Origin: a virus
DNA length: 64,000 bases
Direction: 5' to 3' (one strand)
Virus record (IMG/VR): IMGVR_UViG_3300043429_000249
Location: 4,024 to 68,023 of that record
Positions 39,401-48,288 of this stretch are shown piece after piece. Made by a program: the position numbers and the translations under genes. The first letter of the stretch is position 1, and every line of letters begins with the position of its first letter. The notes under the pieces were generated by a model. It was not told the DNA's origin. It saw only the letters and a program-made list of their open reading frames with translations, and made no database searches.

Positions 39401-41798
39401 CCGCTGAGAAGGGCGAGAAGCCCAACACCATGGTGTTGTCGATATTACCGACGGCCTCGGTTACGTCTCCGATTTGCCCGGTGCCCGCTACCCCAGTGGC
39501 GGTGGTGTTAGCTTTGGCAGCGATGGTTACGGTGCCGACTGCACCCGACGCAGATACGCCAGTGACGTAGTAAGCAGACCGGGTAGCTACCGTACCGACT
39601 GCACCTGTGGCCGAAACACCTGTGACGTAGTAGGACGAGCGGAAAGTTACCGTGCCAGTAGAGCCGGTGGCAGTGACACCAGTAACAGCGACGTTGGCTT
39701 TGCCTGTCTCAGTAGTATCCCCGACAGAACCAACAGCCGAAACACCCGTGACGGAGTAGCTAAACCTAAACGATACCGTGCCGACTGCACCAGAAGCCGA
39801 AACACCTGTAAGGGCGGTATTAGCCTTGGCGGCGACAGCTACTGTACCAACTGCACCCGACGCAGATACGCCAGTGACGTAGTAAGCAGACCGGGTAGCT
39901 ACTGTGCCAACTGCCCCGGTGCCGGAAACCCCGGTAACGGCGACATTAGCTTTAGCGACGACCGTCTCGGCACCGATGCTGCCCGTACCTGCGACGCCAG
40001 TTACGGTAGTGTTAGCCTTAGCTACGACCGTCTCGGCACCAATGGTGCCCGTAGCGGAAACGCCCGTTACGCTGACGTTGGTGTTATCTCGCTGTTTGGT
40101 CTCTACACCGGAGAAGGGCACGGATGCGAAGGGCGAAAAGCCCAGCACCATCGTGTTATCGACGTTTCCGACAGCCTCACCGACGTCACCGATTTGCCCG
40201 GTGCCTACCACACCAGTTACACTTACGTTGGCTTTAGCAACGACCGTTTCGGCACCAGTGGTGCCTGTAGCGGACACGCCCGTGAGGGTGGCATTAGCCT
40301 TAGCTACGACCGTCTCGGCACCGGTGGTGCCTGTGGCGGATACGCCTGTAAGGGTGGTATTAGCTTTAGCTACGACCGTCTCGGCACCGGTGGTGCCTGT
40401 AGCGGACACGCCGGTTACGGTGACATTAGCCTTAGCTACGACTGTTTCGGCACCGGTGGTGCCTGTAGCGGCTACACCGGTTACGGCTGTGCGGGTGTTA
40501 AGGTATGCGGTAACCGTACCGACAGACCCAGTGGCCGATACGCCAGTGACGCTAACGGTAGCATTAGTTCTGGCGACTACGGTAACCGTACCGGTGGTGC
40601 CTGTAGCAGATACACCCGTAAGAGTGGTGTTAGCCTTAGCTACGACCGTCTCGGCACCGGTGGTGCCTGTGGCGGATACACCAGTTACGCTGACGTTGGT
40701 GTTATTGCGTGGTGCAACCTCGACGCCGGAGAAGGGTACAGCTGCAAAGGGCGAGAAGCCCAACACCATGGTGTTATCAACGTTCCCGACAGCCTCGGTT
40801 ACATCCCCGATCTGCCCAGTAGCAGAGACACCTGTAGCGGTTACGTTAGCTCTAGCTACGACCGTCTCGGCACCGGTGGTGCCTGTAGCGGATACGCCCG
40901 TGAGGGTGACGTTGGCTTTAGCAACGACCGTCTCGGCACCGGTGGTGCCTGTGGCAGATACACCTGTGAGGGTTGTGTTAGCCTTAGCTACGACCGTCTC
41001 GGCACCAATGGTACCTGTGGCAGAGACACCCGTAAGGGTTGCGTTAGCTTTAGCTACGACCGTCTCGGCACCAATGGTGCCTGTAGCTGAAACCCCGGTT
41101 ACAGCTGTGCTGGTGTTAAGGTATACAGTAACCGTACCAACCGAACCGGTAGCGGAAACGCCGGTAACGGTAACATTAGCCTTAGCTGCGACCGTCTCAG
41201 CACCAATGGTGCCCGTAGCGGAGACACCAGTAACAGTGGTGTTAGCCTTGGCGACTATAGTCTCTGTGCCGATGGACCCAGTAGCGAAAACACCAGTAAG
41301 GGTGACGTTGGCTTTAGCAACGACCGTTTCGGCACCAGTGGTGCCTGTAGCGGACACGCCCGTGAGGGTGGCATTAGCCTTAGCAACGACTGTTTCGGCA
41401 CCGGTGGTGCCTGTGGCGGATACGCCTGTAAGGGTGACGTTAGCCTTAGCTACGACCGTCTCGGCACCAATGGTGCCTGTGGCGGATACGCCTGTAAGGG
41501 TGACGTTAGCCTTGGCGACTATAGTCGCTGTACCAATGGACCCGGTAGCGGACACGCCCGTGGCGTTGACGGAGACAGAGACAGCCCCGGCAGTGATGAC
41601 CTCAACACCAGAAAACGGTACCGCGGAGAAGGGCGAGAAGCCCAACACCATGGTATTATCGACATTACCGACCTGCGTGGTAACAGTGCCGACAGAACCT
41701 GTAGCAGATACGCCAGTAGCGTTAACCGATACCGATACCGATCCACCGGCTTGGAGGTCAGCTGCGGCAGGTAGGAGTGGTTGGTATAACCAACTCAT
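36465..41798 (-). CDS. 1777-aa Thr/Gly/Val-rich repetitive fibre-like virion protein
   Basis: ~22-aa TGVSATG repeats, 10 GFSPF-type modules, 11-aa Trp repeats. Confidence 0.8.
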   Translation of the reverse strand: MSWLYQPLLPAAADLQAGGSVSVSVNATGVSATGSVGTVTTQVGNVDNTMVLGFSPFSAVPFSGVEVITAGAVSVSVNATGVSATGSIGTATIVAKANVTLTGVSATGTIGAETVVAKANVTLTGVSATGTTGAETVVAKANATLTGVSATGTTGAETVVAKANVTLTGVFATGSIGTETIVAKANTTVTGVSATGTIGAETVAAKANVTVTGVSATGSVGTVTVYLNTSTAVTGVSATGTIGAETVVAKANATLTGVSATGTIGAETVVAKANTTLTGVSATGTTGAETVVAKANVTLTGVSATGTTGAETVVARANVTATGVSATGQIGDVTEAVGNVDNTMVLGFSPFAAVPFSGVEVAPRNNTNVSVTGVSATGTTGAETVVAKANTTLTGVSATGTTGTVTVVARTNATVSVTGVSATGSVGTVTAYLNTRTAVTGVAATGTTGAETVVAKANVTVTGVSATGTTGAETVVAKANTTLTGVSATGTTGAETVVAKANATLTGVSATGTTGAETVVAKANVSVTGVVGTGQIGDVGEAVGNVDNTMVLGFSPFASVPFSGVETKQRDNTNVSVTGVSATGTIGAETVVAKANTTVTGVAGTGSIGAETVVAKANVAVTGVSGTGAVGTVATRSAYYVTGVSASGAVGTVAVAAKANTALTGVSASGAVGTVSFRFSYSVTGVSAVGSVGDTTETGKANVAVTGVTATGSTGTVTFRSSYYVTGVSATGAVGTVATRSAYYVTGVSASGAVGTVTIAAKANTTATGVAGTGQIGDVTEAVGNIDNTMVLGFSPFSAVPFSGVEERQRNNTNTNVTGVAASGAVGTVAISAKANTTLTGVSASGLVGTVAVSGKANTTVNGVTATGFTGTVTFRSSYYVTGVSGSGAVGTVTVAAKANTTLTGVVGTGQIGDVSEAVGNVDNTMVLGFSPFAAVPFSGVEERQRNNTNTNVTGVSATGTVGTVAIAGKANTEVSGVFASGSVGTVQVGIGSNTTVTGVSATGAIGTVAFRFSYYVTGVSASGAVGTVTISAKANTTPTGVEGTGQIGDVTEAVGNVDNTMVLGFSPFAAVPFSGVETKQRDNTNVSVTGVSATGAVGTVAISAKANTEVNGVFANGSVGTVQVGIGASTSVTGVFATGAIGTVSFSFGYYVTGVSASGAVGTVATSGQANTTPTGVEGTGQTGDVSEAVGNVDNTMVLGFSPFASVPFSGVETKQRDNTNVSVTGVAATGAIGDTTETGKANTTLTGVVANGLLGTVQVGTGISVLVTGVSASGLVGSVFVALGRQVAVTGVSASGAVGTVDTSAKANTTLTGVVGTGQIGDVTEAVGNIDNTMVLGFSPFSAVPFAGVEESVRNNTNVEVTGVSASGLVGTATTNVETVFVSGVSATGEIGDVTEAVGNVDNTMVLGFSPFASVPFSGVETPQRINVSVTGVSANGLVGTADVTTDTNFTVTGVEANGFVGDVTTRSSYYVTGVSATGSVGTATVEAKANTELVGVSATGEIGDVSEAVGNVDNTALLGFSGFSVVPFSGLEVEVRNNTNVSVTGVAADGLVGTVDTAARADVDVTGVSATGTVGTVDVVIGQQVEVTGVAATGTIGTATADTGTMVVVSGVSAAASVGTVTVSGRAILTVLGVSAAGQVGTVEIPKWNPITPAQDPNWIPVNDAQTANWNGVDDAQTPNWQAINDAQVPMWVPVDDAQAGVWATINDAQTPNWQEVTDVQTPDWQSVNDSQSAGWSGIDDTQTPNWQTINDSQSGNWVQVVDGNTVVWVEIPT

Positions 41799-41802
41799 TT
41801 AT

Positions 41803-42147
41803 TTATCCGACTTTACGGATGGACCAAGAGATCGACCTGTCAGTGCCTGTAATCTTGTCCATGGTGACGTCCCAACCCAACATCAACACAAGAGTCGGGG
41901 TGACGAAGGGGCTTGACTGCGCGCCGTCTAGCACCGCTGTGTAGACATTTAGCTGCGAGCCGCCCGAAGTGACCTTCTCCTTGATTTTAATCTCGTACTC
42001 GTCACCAGCAGCCATGGTCGAGACATCAATAAATACCTGATACACGCCGACGTTTGTTACCGAGGCAAGCGTGGTGGAGCTGTTTACGAGGGAGTACTCG
42101 GTGGTTCCGATGGTCGCGGTACCCGTATAAGCAACTGTAATTGCCAT
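41803..42147 (-). CDS. hypothetical virion protein
   Basis: Beta-rich, coupled ORF. Confidence 0.7.
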   Translation of the reverse strand: MAITVAYTGTATIGTTEYSLVNSSTTLASVTNVGVYQVFIDVSTMAAGDEYEIKIKEKVTSGGSQLNVYTAVLDGAQSSPFVTPTLVLMLGWDVTMDKITGTDRSISWSIRKVG

Positions 42148-42148
42148 C

Positions 42149-43000
42149 TTAACCCCCCAGCCCGTAGGCGATCATGTTCGTGCCGGTCGTTGTGGCGGAC
42201 GATTGCGCCCTACCGTAGATATTTGCGCCCGATGCGACGTTGTTGTACGCGTTCTGAAACGCCGGAATATTGCCGATTGCCTCTGTAGCGGAAGCTGCCC
42301 AGTACTGGTTCTCAAACAGCAGCTTTTTATTCGTCGCGTCCCCAGCAGATATATCCGTATGAAAGATGCCTGAGTTCATCGTGGCGTTATTGATGTTGAA
42401 ACCGCACTGCCACCACCAGTAGCTCTTAGTGGTAGCCGACCCAAGCTGCGTCCACGCTCCCTCGGAAGTAGTGCCAGCGGTAATTGTCGTACCCACCCGG
42501 TTTGTAGCGTCGAACCCAAAAGCATCGACATAGGAACCAACGCGCACGGCGTCAGGTCGTCTCGGTTCACCGTAAAAATACACGCTTACGCGAAAGGTCG
42601 TAGCGCTGTTCGACATAGCCCGAAACGCCACGGTTGATCCTGCTTTGATATACAAAGGAAAGTAGTAGTAAATACCTCCCCCAAACGCGGTATAAGCCAC
42701 AGCATTACCTGCGATCAGGTAGGGGATAACTGACTGGTATGATGTGCCACCTGCGTTATCGACACCCATCTCACATAAGATGTTGCGCGTTGCGGAAGCT
42801 GTATTGCCCGAGTTGAAGCAGATAAAGACCCCGTAGGTATCCTTCGCCATGTTAGCGGCGGTTGCGACCTGCGCCCATGAGCCATAAGTGCCCGCGGTAG
42901 TGCCGGGTGTTATAGTTGTCCCGTACGAAGCAGTGGGCTGCGTCGTCAGGGTATTAGAATAATACCATTGAAAGTCCGGGCCTTGAGGTACGAAGAGCAT
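42149..43000 (-). CDS. hypothetical virion protein with two repeated beta domains
   Basis: GTTIT.GT...G.W.Q occurs twice. Confidence 0.7.
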   Translation of the reverse strand: MLFVPQGPDFQWYYSNTLTTQPTASYGTTITPGTTAGTYGSWAQVATAANMAKDTYGVFICFNSGNTASATRNILCEMGVDNAGGTSYQSVIPYLIAGNAVAYTAFGGGIYYYFPLYIKAGSTVAFRAMSNSATTFRVSVYFYGEPRRPDAVRVGSYVDAFGFDATNRVGTTITAGTTSEGAWTQLGSATTKSYWWWQCGFNINNATMNSGIFHTDISAGDATNKKLLFENQYWAASATEAIGNIPAFQNAYNNVASGANIYGRAQSSATTTGTNMIAYGLGG

Positions 43001-43098
43001 TTATCGTACCTCCCCGGTGTAGGCACCGATGGGGGAGATATTGATTACAACGAGCATAATTCATTCCCCCTACCATGGTGCCTACAAGCCTATAGCAT

Positions 43099-43266
43099 TT
43101 AACGGGCTACCTTGCCAATCGCGCTACGCATACCATAGAGGCCAAAAGCGTTAAGCAGGACGAGAACGTACTCAGGCACCGGGTGCCCAAGAAATTCGGC
43201 AGCGGCTACAGCGGCTACGATGGCAGCGGCGATATAAGTCTTCTTGCCATCAAGGAATGACATCAT
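43099..43266 (-). CDS. holin-like membrane protein
   Basis: GKKTY plus two hydrophobic segments; coupled to the amidase. Confidence 0.6.
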   Translation of the reverse strand: MMSFLDGKKTYIAAAIVAAVAAAEFLGHPVPEYVLVLLNAFGLYGMRSAIGKVAR

Positions 43267-43733
43267 TTCAAATCTCCCGTCTCTTTCAGCCATGCCACCA
43301 CGTCAAAGCTGGGGCACGACTTCTTCCATTCATTGGGTTCGATAACGCCGTCCCCGTCGAGGTCCGGCGACCAGTCACGATGTCCGCGAATGGTGATACC
43401 GGGATACCGCGCCTTATACGTTCGGATGAGCGTTAAGAGCGACTTCTTTTGCGCTTCGGTGCGCGTGTCCATCGGGCGGTTCATCTTTTTGTCCATGCCG
43501 CCGATATAACAGATGCCAATGTTTCCGGTGTTCTTTCCGCCCACGTGTGCGCCTTTTTCGTCGTCACGCAGAGTACGCACGCGATTACCATCAAGTTCAA
43601 CAACCCAATGGTAGCTCGTCTGTCCGAACTTGGCCTTATCCCACGCTGTGATTTGTTCAGCGGAGACATGCCTTCCTTCTGGCGTTGCCGCACAGTGGAT
43701 GGTCAGGTGCTTAACCGGTCCCAGCTTTGCCAT
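43263..43733 (-). CDS. N-acetylmuramoyl-L-alanine amidase (T7-lysozyme-like endolysin)
   Basis: IHCAAT, YHW, GAH, GICYIGG, GHRD, KSCPSF. Confidence 0.92.
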   Translation of the reverse strand: MAKLGPVKHLTIHCAATPEGRHVSAEQITAWDKAKFGQTSYHWVVELDGNRVRTLRDDEKGAHVGGKNTGNIGICYIGGMDKKMNRPMDTRTEAQKKSLLTLIRTYKARYPGITIRGHRDWSPDLDGDGVIEPNEWKKSCPSFDVVAWLKETGDLK

Positions 43734-44110
43734 CACGCCTCCGTAGGAGTACTAGGTTCCTCAGCCGGGGCTTCCACGACAGGTGCAGTCCAAGGCAACG
43801 GAGGAGTTACCGACGGCGGATTAGCCTGATCTTGGATTTGCCGCGCAACCTCAGCCTCGATGTTAGCGATTTTTGTCTCGCCCAGAGCAGCCAATGTCCA
43901 GCTAACGACCTGTGCTTCCGTAAGCTGATCGTACGGCGTGAAGGGGGCACCCTCATCTAAGGCTACGCTGGCAATCCCGTAGGTCCGACCGGTATGCGTA
44001 CCGTCGGTAGCTTCAAGCGTCCAGTGGGTGGTGAACACCACGTCGGTGTTCTCTCCGTGCTGTGGATAACAATCAAGCCGCGTGATCGTCCATGTGTTGG
44101 TAATAGGCAT
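43733..44110 (-). CDS. tail-associated protein / fibre chaperone
   Basis: FTPYDQLTEAQVVSW...PLPW. Confidence 0.6.
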   Translation of the reverse strand: MPITNTWTITRLDCYPQHGENTDVVFTTHWTLEATDGTHTGRTYGIASVALDEGAPFTPYDQLTEAQVVSWTLAALGETKIANIEAEVARQIQDQANPPSVTPPLPWTAPVVEAPAEEPSTPTEA

Positions 44111-44826
44111 TAGCTAACTCCCGCGCCAGAGATGACCCAAACGGTGGACGTCACCTTGAGGACAGTGGCAACGCCGTACTGGGCCAGCGTACGCGAGCCG
44201 GTGTTGGCCGTCCCGGCCTGACGAAGCGTATCGGTAGTGATGCTGATCGTCTGGTTGCTGCCGCTGTTATTAAAGATGGACACCGCCGAACCGATGGGGA
44301 AGGCAACTGAGCCGTTCGCCGGGATGACAACGCCACCAGTCGTGATGCTGATGTGCTTACCCATGTCGGTAAGCGCCAGCGTATAAGCACCGGTCTGCGA
44401 ATTCTGCGGCAGACCTTTATAGCCCACAGCGTCGTCAAGGTTAGGCGAAGTCACATCACCCGAAGACGTCAGCGCGAGTAAGTTGTTACCGATGGTGATG
44501 CTGCTATCGGTATTCAGGAACACAGATCGGCCAGCAGGGTAGGTAACGAAGACGTCCTTAGTGCCAGCCGAAAAGTTAACCAGCGAGCCAGCGTTGCTCG
44601 ACGAAAGCACAGTCGTACGAGATAGCGTCGTACCAGCAGCCGTATAGGTACCGATACCGACTTCCCATTCCGAACCTGCCGTAATGGTGTAGTAAGTGGT
44701 GTTGCCGTTACCGATAGCGGTGCCGAACGAGACGTACCCGATAGGGGCCGTACCGCTGAGGGTAACCGTACCGGTGCCGGTGGTGGTCGTTGTGTCTTTG
44801 ACACGATCTGCAAGTACGAATGCCAT
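44110..44826 (-). CDS. tail fibre-associated protein
   Basis: LADRVKDTTTTTGTG; WEVG; C-terminal WVISG. Confidence 0.75.
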   Translation of the reverse strand: MAFVLADRVKDTTTTTGTGTVTLSGTAPIGYVSFGTAIGNGNTTYYTITAGSEWEVGIGTYTAAGTTLSRTTVLSSSNAGSLVNFSAGTKDVFVTYPAGRSVFLNTDSSITIGNNLLALTSSGDVTSPNLDDAVGYKGLPQNSQTGAYTLALTDMGKHISITTGGVVIPANGSVAFPIGSAVSIFNNSGSNQTISITTDTLRQAGTANTGSRTLAQYGVATVLKVTSTVWVISGAGVS

Positions 44827-44894
44827 CTCGCGTAGTCCCGTATATTATTGGTCCAGAACATGCCCGCCCCACAAGGAGGCGGACTATTGTCCTT

Positions 44895-45368
44895 TTAGGC
44901 GATACGGATGATCGCCGCTGCGTTGGTCGCCGCTGGGAAGATGATGGTGAAATCACCCAACGTCGAAGTACGATCCGAACCGAAGTCCAGAGCGCAGACC
45001 GCAGCATTGGTCAGCGTGGTGTTCGCCGTGCCGTTAGCCGAGGGAGTGTTGTTGTAGATCAGAGCGCCACGAGCCGTGATGTTAGCGTTCGTCCACGTCG
45101 TGTCGGCAAAGTCGGTGAAACCCGTACCCGCAGACGCCGAGGTGTTCGAAGCCGTCACGCCTTGGTTAACCAGCGTGTTGCCACCAGCGGTGTAGTTCGT
45201 GCCCGTCACTTCGCTCGTGGTATTATACGAGGTCGAGTTAGCGTCGATGTTCGACGCCGACGTGAACAGAGCGATCTTGAACGTGTCGCCACCGGTATTA
45301 CGGAAATCGTGTACGGCCAGCATAATCTCGGCCTTAAAGCTGGTGCACATTGCTTGGGTAATCGCCAT
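44895..45368 (-). CDS. conserved virion structural protein
   Basis: MAITQAMCTSFK...ARGALIYN...DFG. Confidence 0.8.
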   Translation of the reverse strand: MAITQAMCTSFKAEIMLAVHDFRNTGGDTFKIALFTSASNIDANSTSYNTTSEVTGTNYTAGGNTLVNQGVTASNTSASAGTGFTDFADTTWTNANITARGALIYNNTPSANGTANTTLTNAAVCALDFGSDRTSTLGDFTIIFPAATNAAAIIRIA

Positions 45369-45380
45369 CTTATGGCCTCC

Positions 45381-45665
45381 TTATGCGTCTAGGATCGGGA
45401 TCAACTCTGGATGACCCGCCTTAATGAACTTATTGACCAGAGTTACGTTATGCGACCGGACTGCCTCGTGCATGTAGAACACAAGCACCTTACGGATGTT
45501 ATCCTTAAAGGCTTCGGCCTGATCGCGGATCGCCGGATGCGTCTGGCTCCCCACATAAATGATTTTGTCGAGAGCGCGCTCAGCGACCTCTTCCGGGGTA
45601 AAGCCACGTCCCTCAGTCGTCATAACCATGACGGGAGCGACTTCACCTGTTGCCAAATTAAGCAT
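45381..45665 (-). CDS. hypothetical protein
   Basis: Coupled ORF in the virion operon. Confidence 0.7.
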   Translation of the reverse strand: MLNLATGEVAPVMVMTTEGRGFTPEEVAERALDKIIYVGSQTHPAIRDQAEAFKDNIRKVLVFYMHEAVRSHNVTLVNKFIKAGHPELIPILDA

Positions 45666-45668
45666 TCA

Positions 45669-46349
45669 TCACCTCACAGGGTAGCGGACTTGCCCGCTAC
45701 GATACATGTCTTGGCGGTTCTTGCCCTCGCCCAGTTGCTTGAGCATAACCATCGCCTCGTCGTACCGACGCTGGTAATTAGCGATAACATCGGCTTCACC
45801 TTTCATAAAGGTATACGCCTCAAGTAGTGAACCGTAAAGCAGTACGCTATCGAAGTTGTCACCGAGCCACGTGGTATTGGCCGTGACGATGGATTCAGGG
45901 TAGTAGAAGTAGTGCAGCTCTACGGCGTAGTTCGCATCGGGCGTTGGACCGAGGATATAAGAGTTTTCATCAAAATAGGCGTAGCAGTAGGGTAAGCCCG
46001 TGTCAGTCGGGTTCGGGAACGCCTGCCGGATGAAGCTAACATCCTTGTTCAACAGATACTCGTAGTTCCCGTCATCGTCGATCACCGCGATGGAGAAGTT
46101 AGCGAGCCAGTCGGAAGGCACCGACAGGTATTTGTTCCCTGACGTGCATGTGCCTGTCACGTTTTTGCGTAGGTCCAGAAGCTGGACCGTATTGAAGATG
46201 CGCTGCTCAGCCTCTTGGATGAACGTGTTAATCTGTTCAGTAGACGTCAACGTAACCGTGCTGGAACCGTCGGAACCAGTCCACGATGTGTTGGGGAAGT
46301 CGTTTTCGACGTATCCCTTGATCGTCTCGAACAGTTGCGCGTAGTTCAT
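45669..46349 (-). CDS. head-tail adaptor-like protein
   Basis: FIQEAEQRI, GPTPD, LLYGSLLEA. Confidence 0.7.
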   Translation of the reverse strand: MNYAQLFETIKGYVENDFPNTSWTGSDGSSTVTLTSTEQINTFIQEAEQRIFNTVQLLDLRKNVTGTCTSGNKYLSVPSDWLANFSIAVIDDDGNYEYLLNKDVSFIRQAFPNPTDTGLPYCYAYFDENSYILGPTPDANYAVELHYFYYPESIVTANTTWLGDNFDSVLLYGSLLEAYTFMKGEADVIANYQRRYDEAMVMLKQLGEGKNRQDMYRSGQVRYPVR

Positions 46350-46489
46350 CAGCCCATCTTCTTGCTGTGCCCAGTACCCTTAGTAGCCGCACCCGTGCCA
46401 CGGGTCTTCTGCGTCTGGGTATTGGCAACCTTGTTCGGGTAGCCGTTGTTGCCCATCGGGGCAGTGTAGGTCTTTGGCATCTTATCCAT
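46349..46489 (-). CDS. small basic virion peptide
   Basis: RGTGAATKG motif; start revised. Confidence 0.55.
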   Translation of the reverse strand: MDKMPKTYTAPMGNNGYPNKVANTQTQKTRGTGAATKGTGHSKKMG

Positions 46490-46610
46490 TTTTGTTGACC
46501 TTCCCCATGTCCTTCTGGACCTTACGGACTTCACGCTTCTGGTTGGCGATCTTCGCCAAGTTGCGTCCCAGCTTCAGCATCTGGTCGTTCGTTTTGCCAC
46601 CCTTAGCCAT
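46482..46610 (-). CDS. 42-aa basic peptide (not in the ORF track)
   Basis: MAKGGKTNDQMLKLGRNLAKIANQK...; SD GGAG. Confidence 0.55.
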   Translation of the reverse strand: MAKGGKTNDQMLKLGRNLAKIANQKREVRKVQKDMGKVNKNG

Positions 46611-46611
46611 C

Positions 46612-47004
46612 TTAGTTCTCCGTCTCGACTGTTACAGTCCCTACGCTTCCTGTTGCTAATAGCGTATTTGGAAGCCCAGATAAACCCAAAGGATTATTTA
46701 GCCCTACGGGGTTCCATCCCCACTGAATAATGCGACTACCATCGCTTGGGTTTCCGTCCACATTAAGCCCTGCTTGGTAGTACGTCGTATCAGGCCGCGG
46801 GTTACGCAACGCCTGAGGATCATCGACGGGGTACATACCCAACTGGAGCTGCGGCTGATCCGGTTCCCAGCATGTGGGGCACACGAGGATATTGACGTTC
46901 TTCGTCTTGATGACGAGCCGTCGAAGCTGCTTGAGCTTATAGCGAAACCCGCAGCGATCACACTGCGAAATTGCCCACTTACCAGAGGCAAACCTGTTCG
47001 GCAC
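46612..47004 (-). CDS. Zn-ribbon-like conserved phage protein
   Basis: CDRCG...CPTC; C-terminal ATGSVGTVTV. Confidence 0.75.
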   Translation of the reverse strand: MPNRFASGKWAISQCDRCGFRYKLKQLRRLVIKTKNVNILVCPTCWEPDQPQLQLGMYPVDDPQALRNPRPDTTYYQAGLNVDGNPSDGSRIIQWGWNPVGLNNPLGLSGLPNTLLATGSVGTVTVETEN

Positions 47005-47013
47005 TTTACCTCC

Positions 47014-47724
47014 TTAGTAGAACATCTGCCGTGGCGCGATGCGCAACGGAGCCTTTTCACGATCCTCATCGCTCGCTTGCTGCCACAACTCCTCATACTC
47101 CGCTTTGAGTAGAGGGGCGCGCTCAAGGGCACCGGGGACCTTTTTCGACAGGTGATACGCCAGACCAGCCACCATGCACGGGAGGAAGCGGAACGGGATG
47201 TCCTGCGTGGTCGTACCGCTCCCGACATCCTGAATACGGCGCAGACGCCAGTAGACGAACGTGTAGTAGTTGGACTGCTCCGGCGCAGGCCAGACATTGA
47301 TCTGCGGGTTAGCTACTCCATCCACCGGATAGTCTGCACCAGATTGGCGGTTAATCCATACCTGAATGGGGCGACCCTGCGCGTTTTTGTTCGGGATCGT
47401 CGAGTATGTGTCTACGCTGATACGGCTAATGTTAATGTCCGTTTGTCCCTGACCGGACTGCGTACGGATCACATGGTCGATGAGGTCAATCGTATCCACT
47501 GGCAGGTCGTAGGTGATCTGTCCCTGCACCATGGCGATCTGCCCCTGCTCGATGGTCCAGAGGTTAATACCCCGGTTCGCCCACTCGATAGTCAGCAGGT
47601 TCAAGCTGCGCCGCGCCGTACGCAGGTCATAGCCAGACCGAAGCTCGGCACCGCAGCGCTCGAACGCTTCCTCAACAAGCTCGTTGAGGTTCAGGTTAAA
47701 TGCCGTGGTGCCACTGGTTGTCAT
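47014..47724 (-). CDS. tail tubular / head-tail connector protein (P22 gp4-like)
   Basis: EEAFERCG...ARRSLNLL...WANRG. Confidence 0.7.
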   Translation of the reverse strand: MTTSGTTAFNLNLNELVEEAFERCGAELRSGYDLRTARRSLNLLTIEWANRGINLWTIEQGQIAMVQGQITYDLPVDTIDLIDHVIRTQSGQGQTDINISRISVDTYSTIPNKNAQGRPIQVWINRQSGADYPVDGVANPQINVWPAPEQSNYYTFVYWRLRRIQDVGSGTTTQDIPFRFLPCMVAGLAYHLSKKVPGALERAPLLKAEYEELWQQASDEDREKAPLRIAPRQMFY

Positions 47725-48116
47725 CTAAATCTCGCTGTCTTCTTGGCGACGGACTTCGGCTGCTTGACGAACTGCTTGCCTGCCTTCGTACCTTCGCGCT
47801 TAGCCTTGGTTGTAGCAGCATATTCAGAAGAAGTCAGCGCCTGACGCGCTTTCTTGGGCAGGTATCGTTCGCCGGTTGCCTTGGGGCCTTGGGTCGAGGG
47901 TTTGCCGGACTTGGTACCCCAGTCTTCCTTGGTCCACTTCGACAGCGACTTCTGGGCTTCCGTCTTAGGGCCGGAGTAGCCGCCCCCAGACTTCTTATAC
48001 CGCTGGGATGCGAGCTGGGCTTTGCGGGCGGACCACTGGCCGGGTTTACCGCCTTTGTCGCTAGCCTTTACAGCGGCAACAATGCGTTTCCACTTACCTT
48101 CGTCCGTCCGCGCCAT
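47721..48116 (-). CDS. basic virion protein (DUF5872-like)
   Basis: GKPGQWSARKAQ, ERYLP. Confidence 0.7.
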   Translation of the reverse strand: MARTDEGKWKRIVAAVKASDKGGKPGQWSARKAQLASQRYKKSGGGYSGPKTEAQKSLSKWTKEDWGTKSGKPSTQGPKATGERYLPKKARQALTSSEYAATTKAKREGTKAGKQFVKQPKSVAKKTARFR

Positions 48117-48128
48117 ACAGATGCACCT

Positions 48129-48278
48129 TTACCGACAGGGTGTGCCATCAGCACGGGGGCACTCATCGACCGAGCCATCAACATCACTGGTAGCGACGGG
48201 CTGCGGCTGCGGGTCCTTAGCCGGTTCAGAGCAAGCTGCGACGGAGACCAAGATGGCTAGAGCAAAAAACTTCTTCAT
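48129..48278 (-). CDS. 49-aa lipoprotein (not in the ORF track)
   Basis: SD AAGGAG; MKKFFALAILVSVAAC lipobox. Confidence 0.7.
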   Translation of the reverse strand: MKKFFALAILVSVAACSEPAKDPQPQPVATSDVDGSVDECPRADGTPCR

Positions 48279-48288
48279 GGTGTTCTCC

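Noticed and set aside
39474-41916. Long plus-strand ORFs (538 and 670 aa) opposite the repetitive fibre gene
   Set aside because: Antisense shadows caused by Thr/Gly/Val/Ala codon repeats; no RBS or operon logic
43001-43085. 18-codon ORF and imperfect inverted repeat between the holin and 42149..43000
   Set aside because: Too short and weakly supported to call
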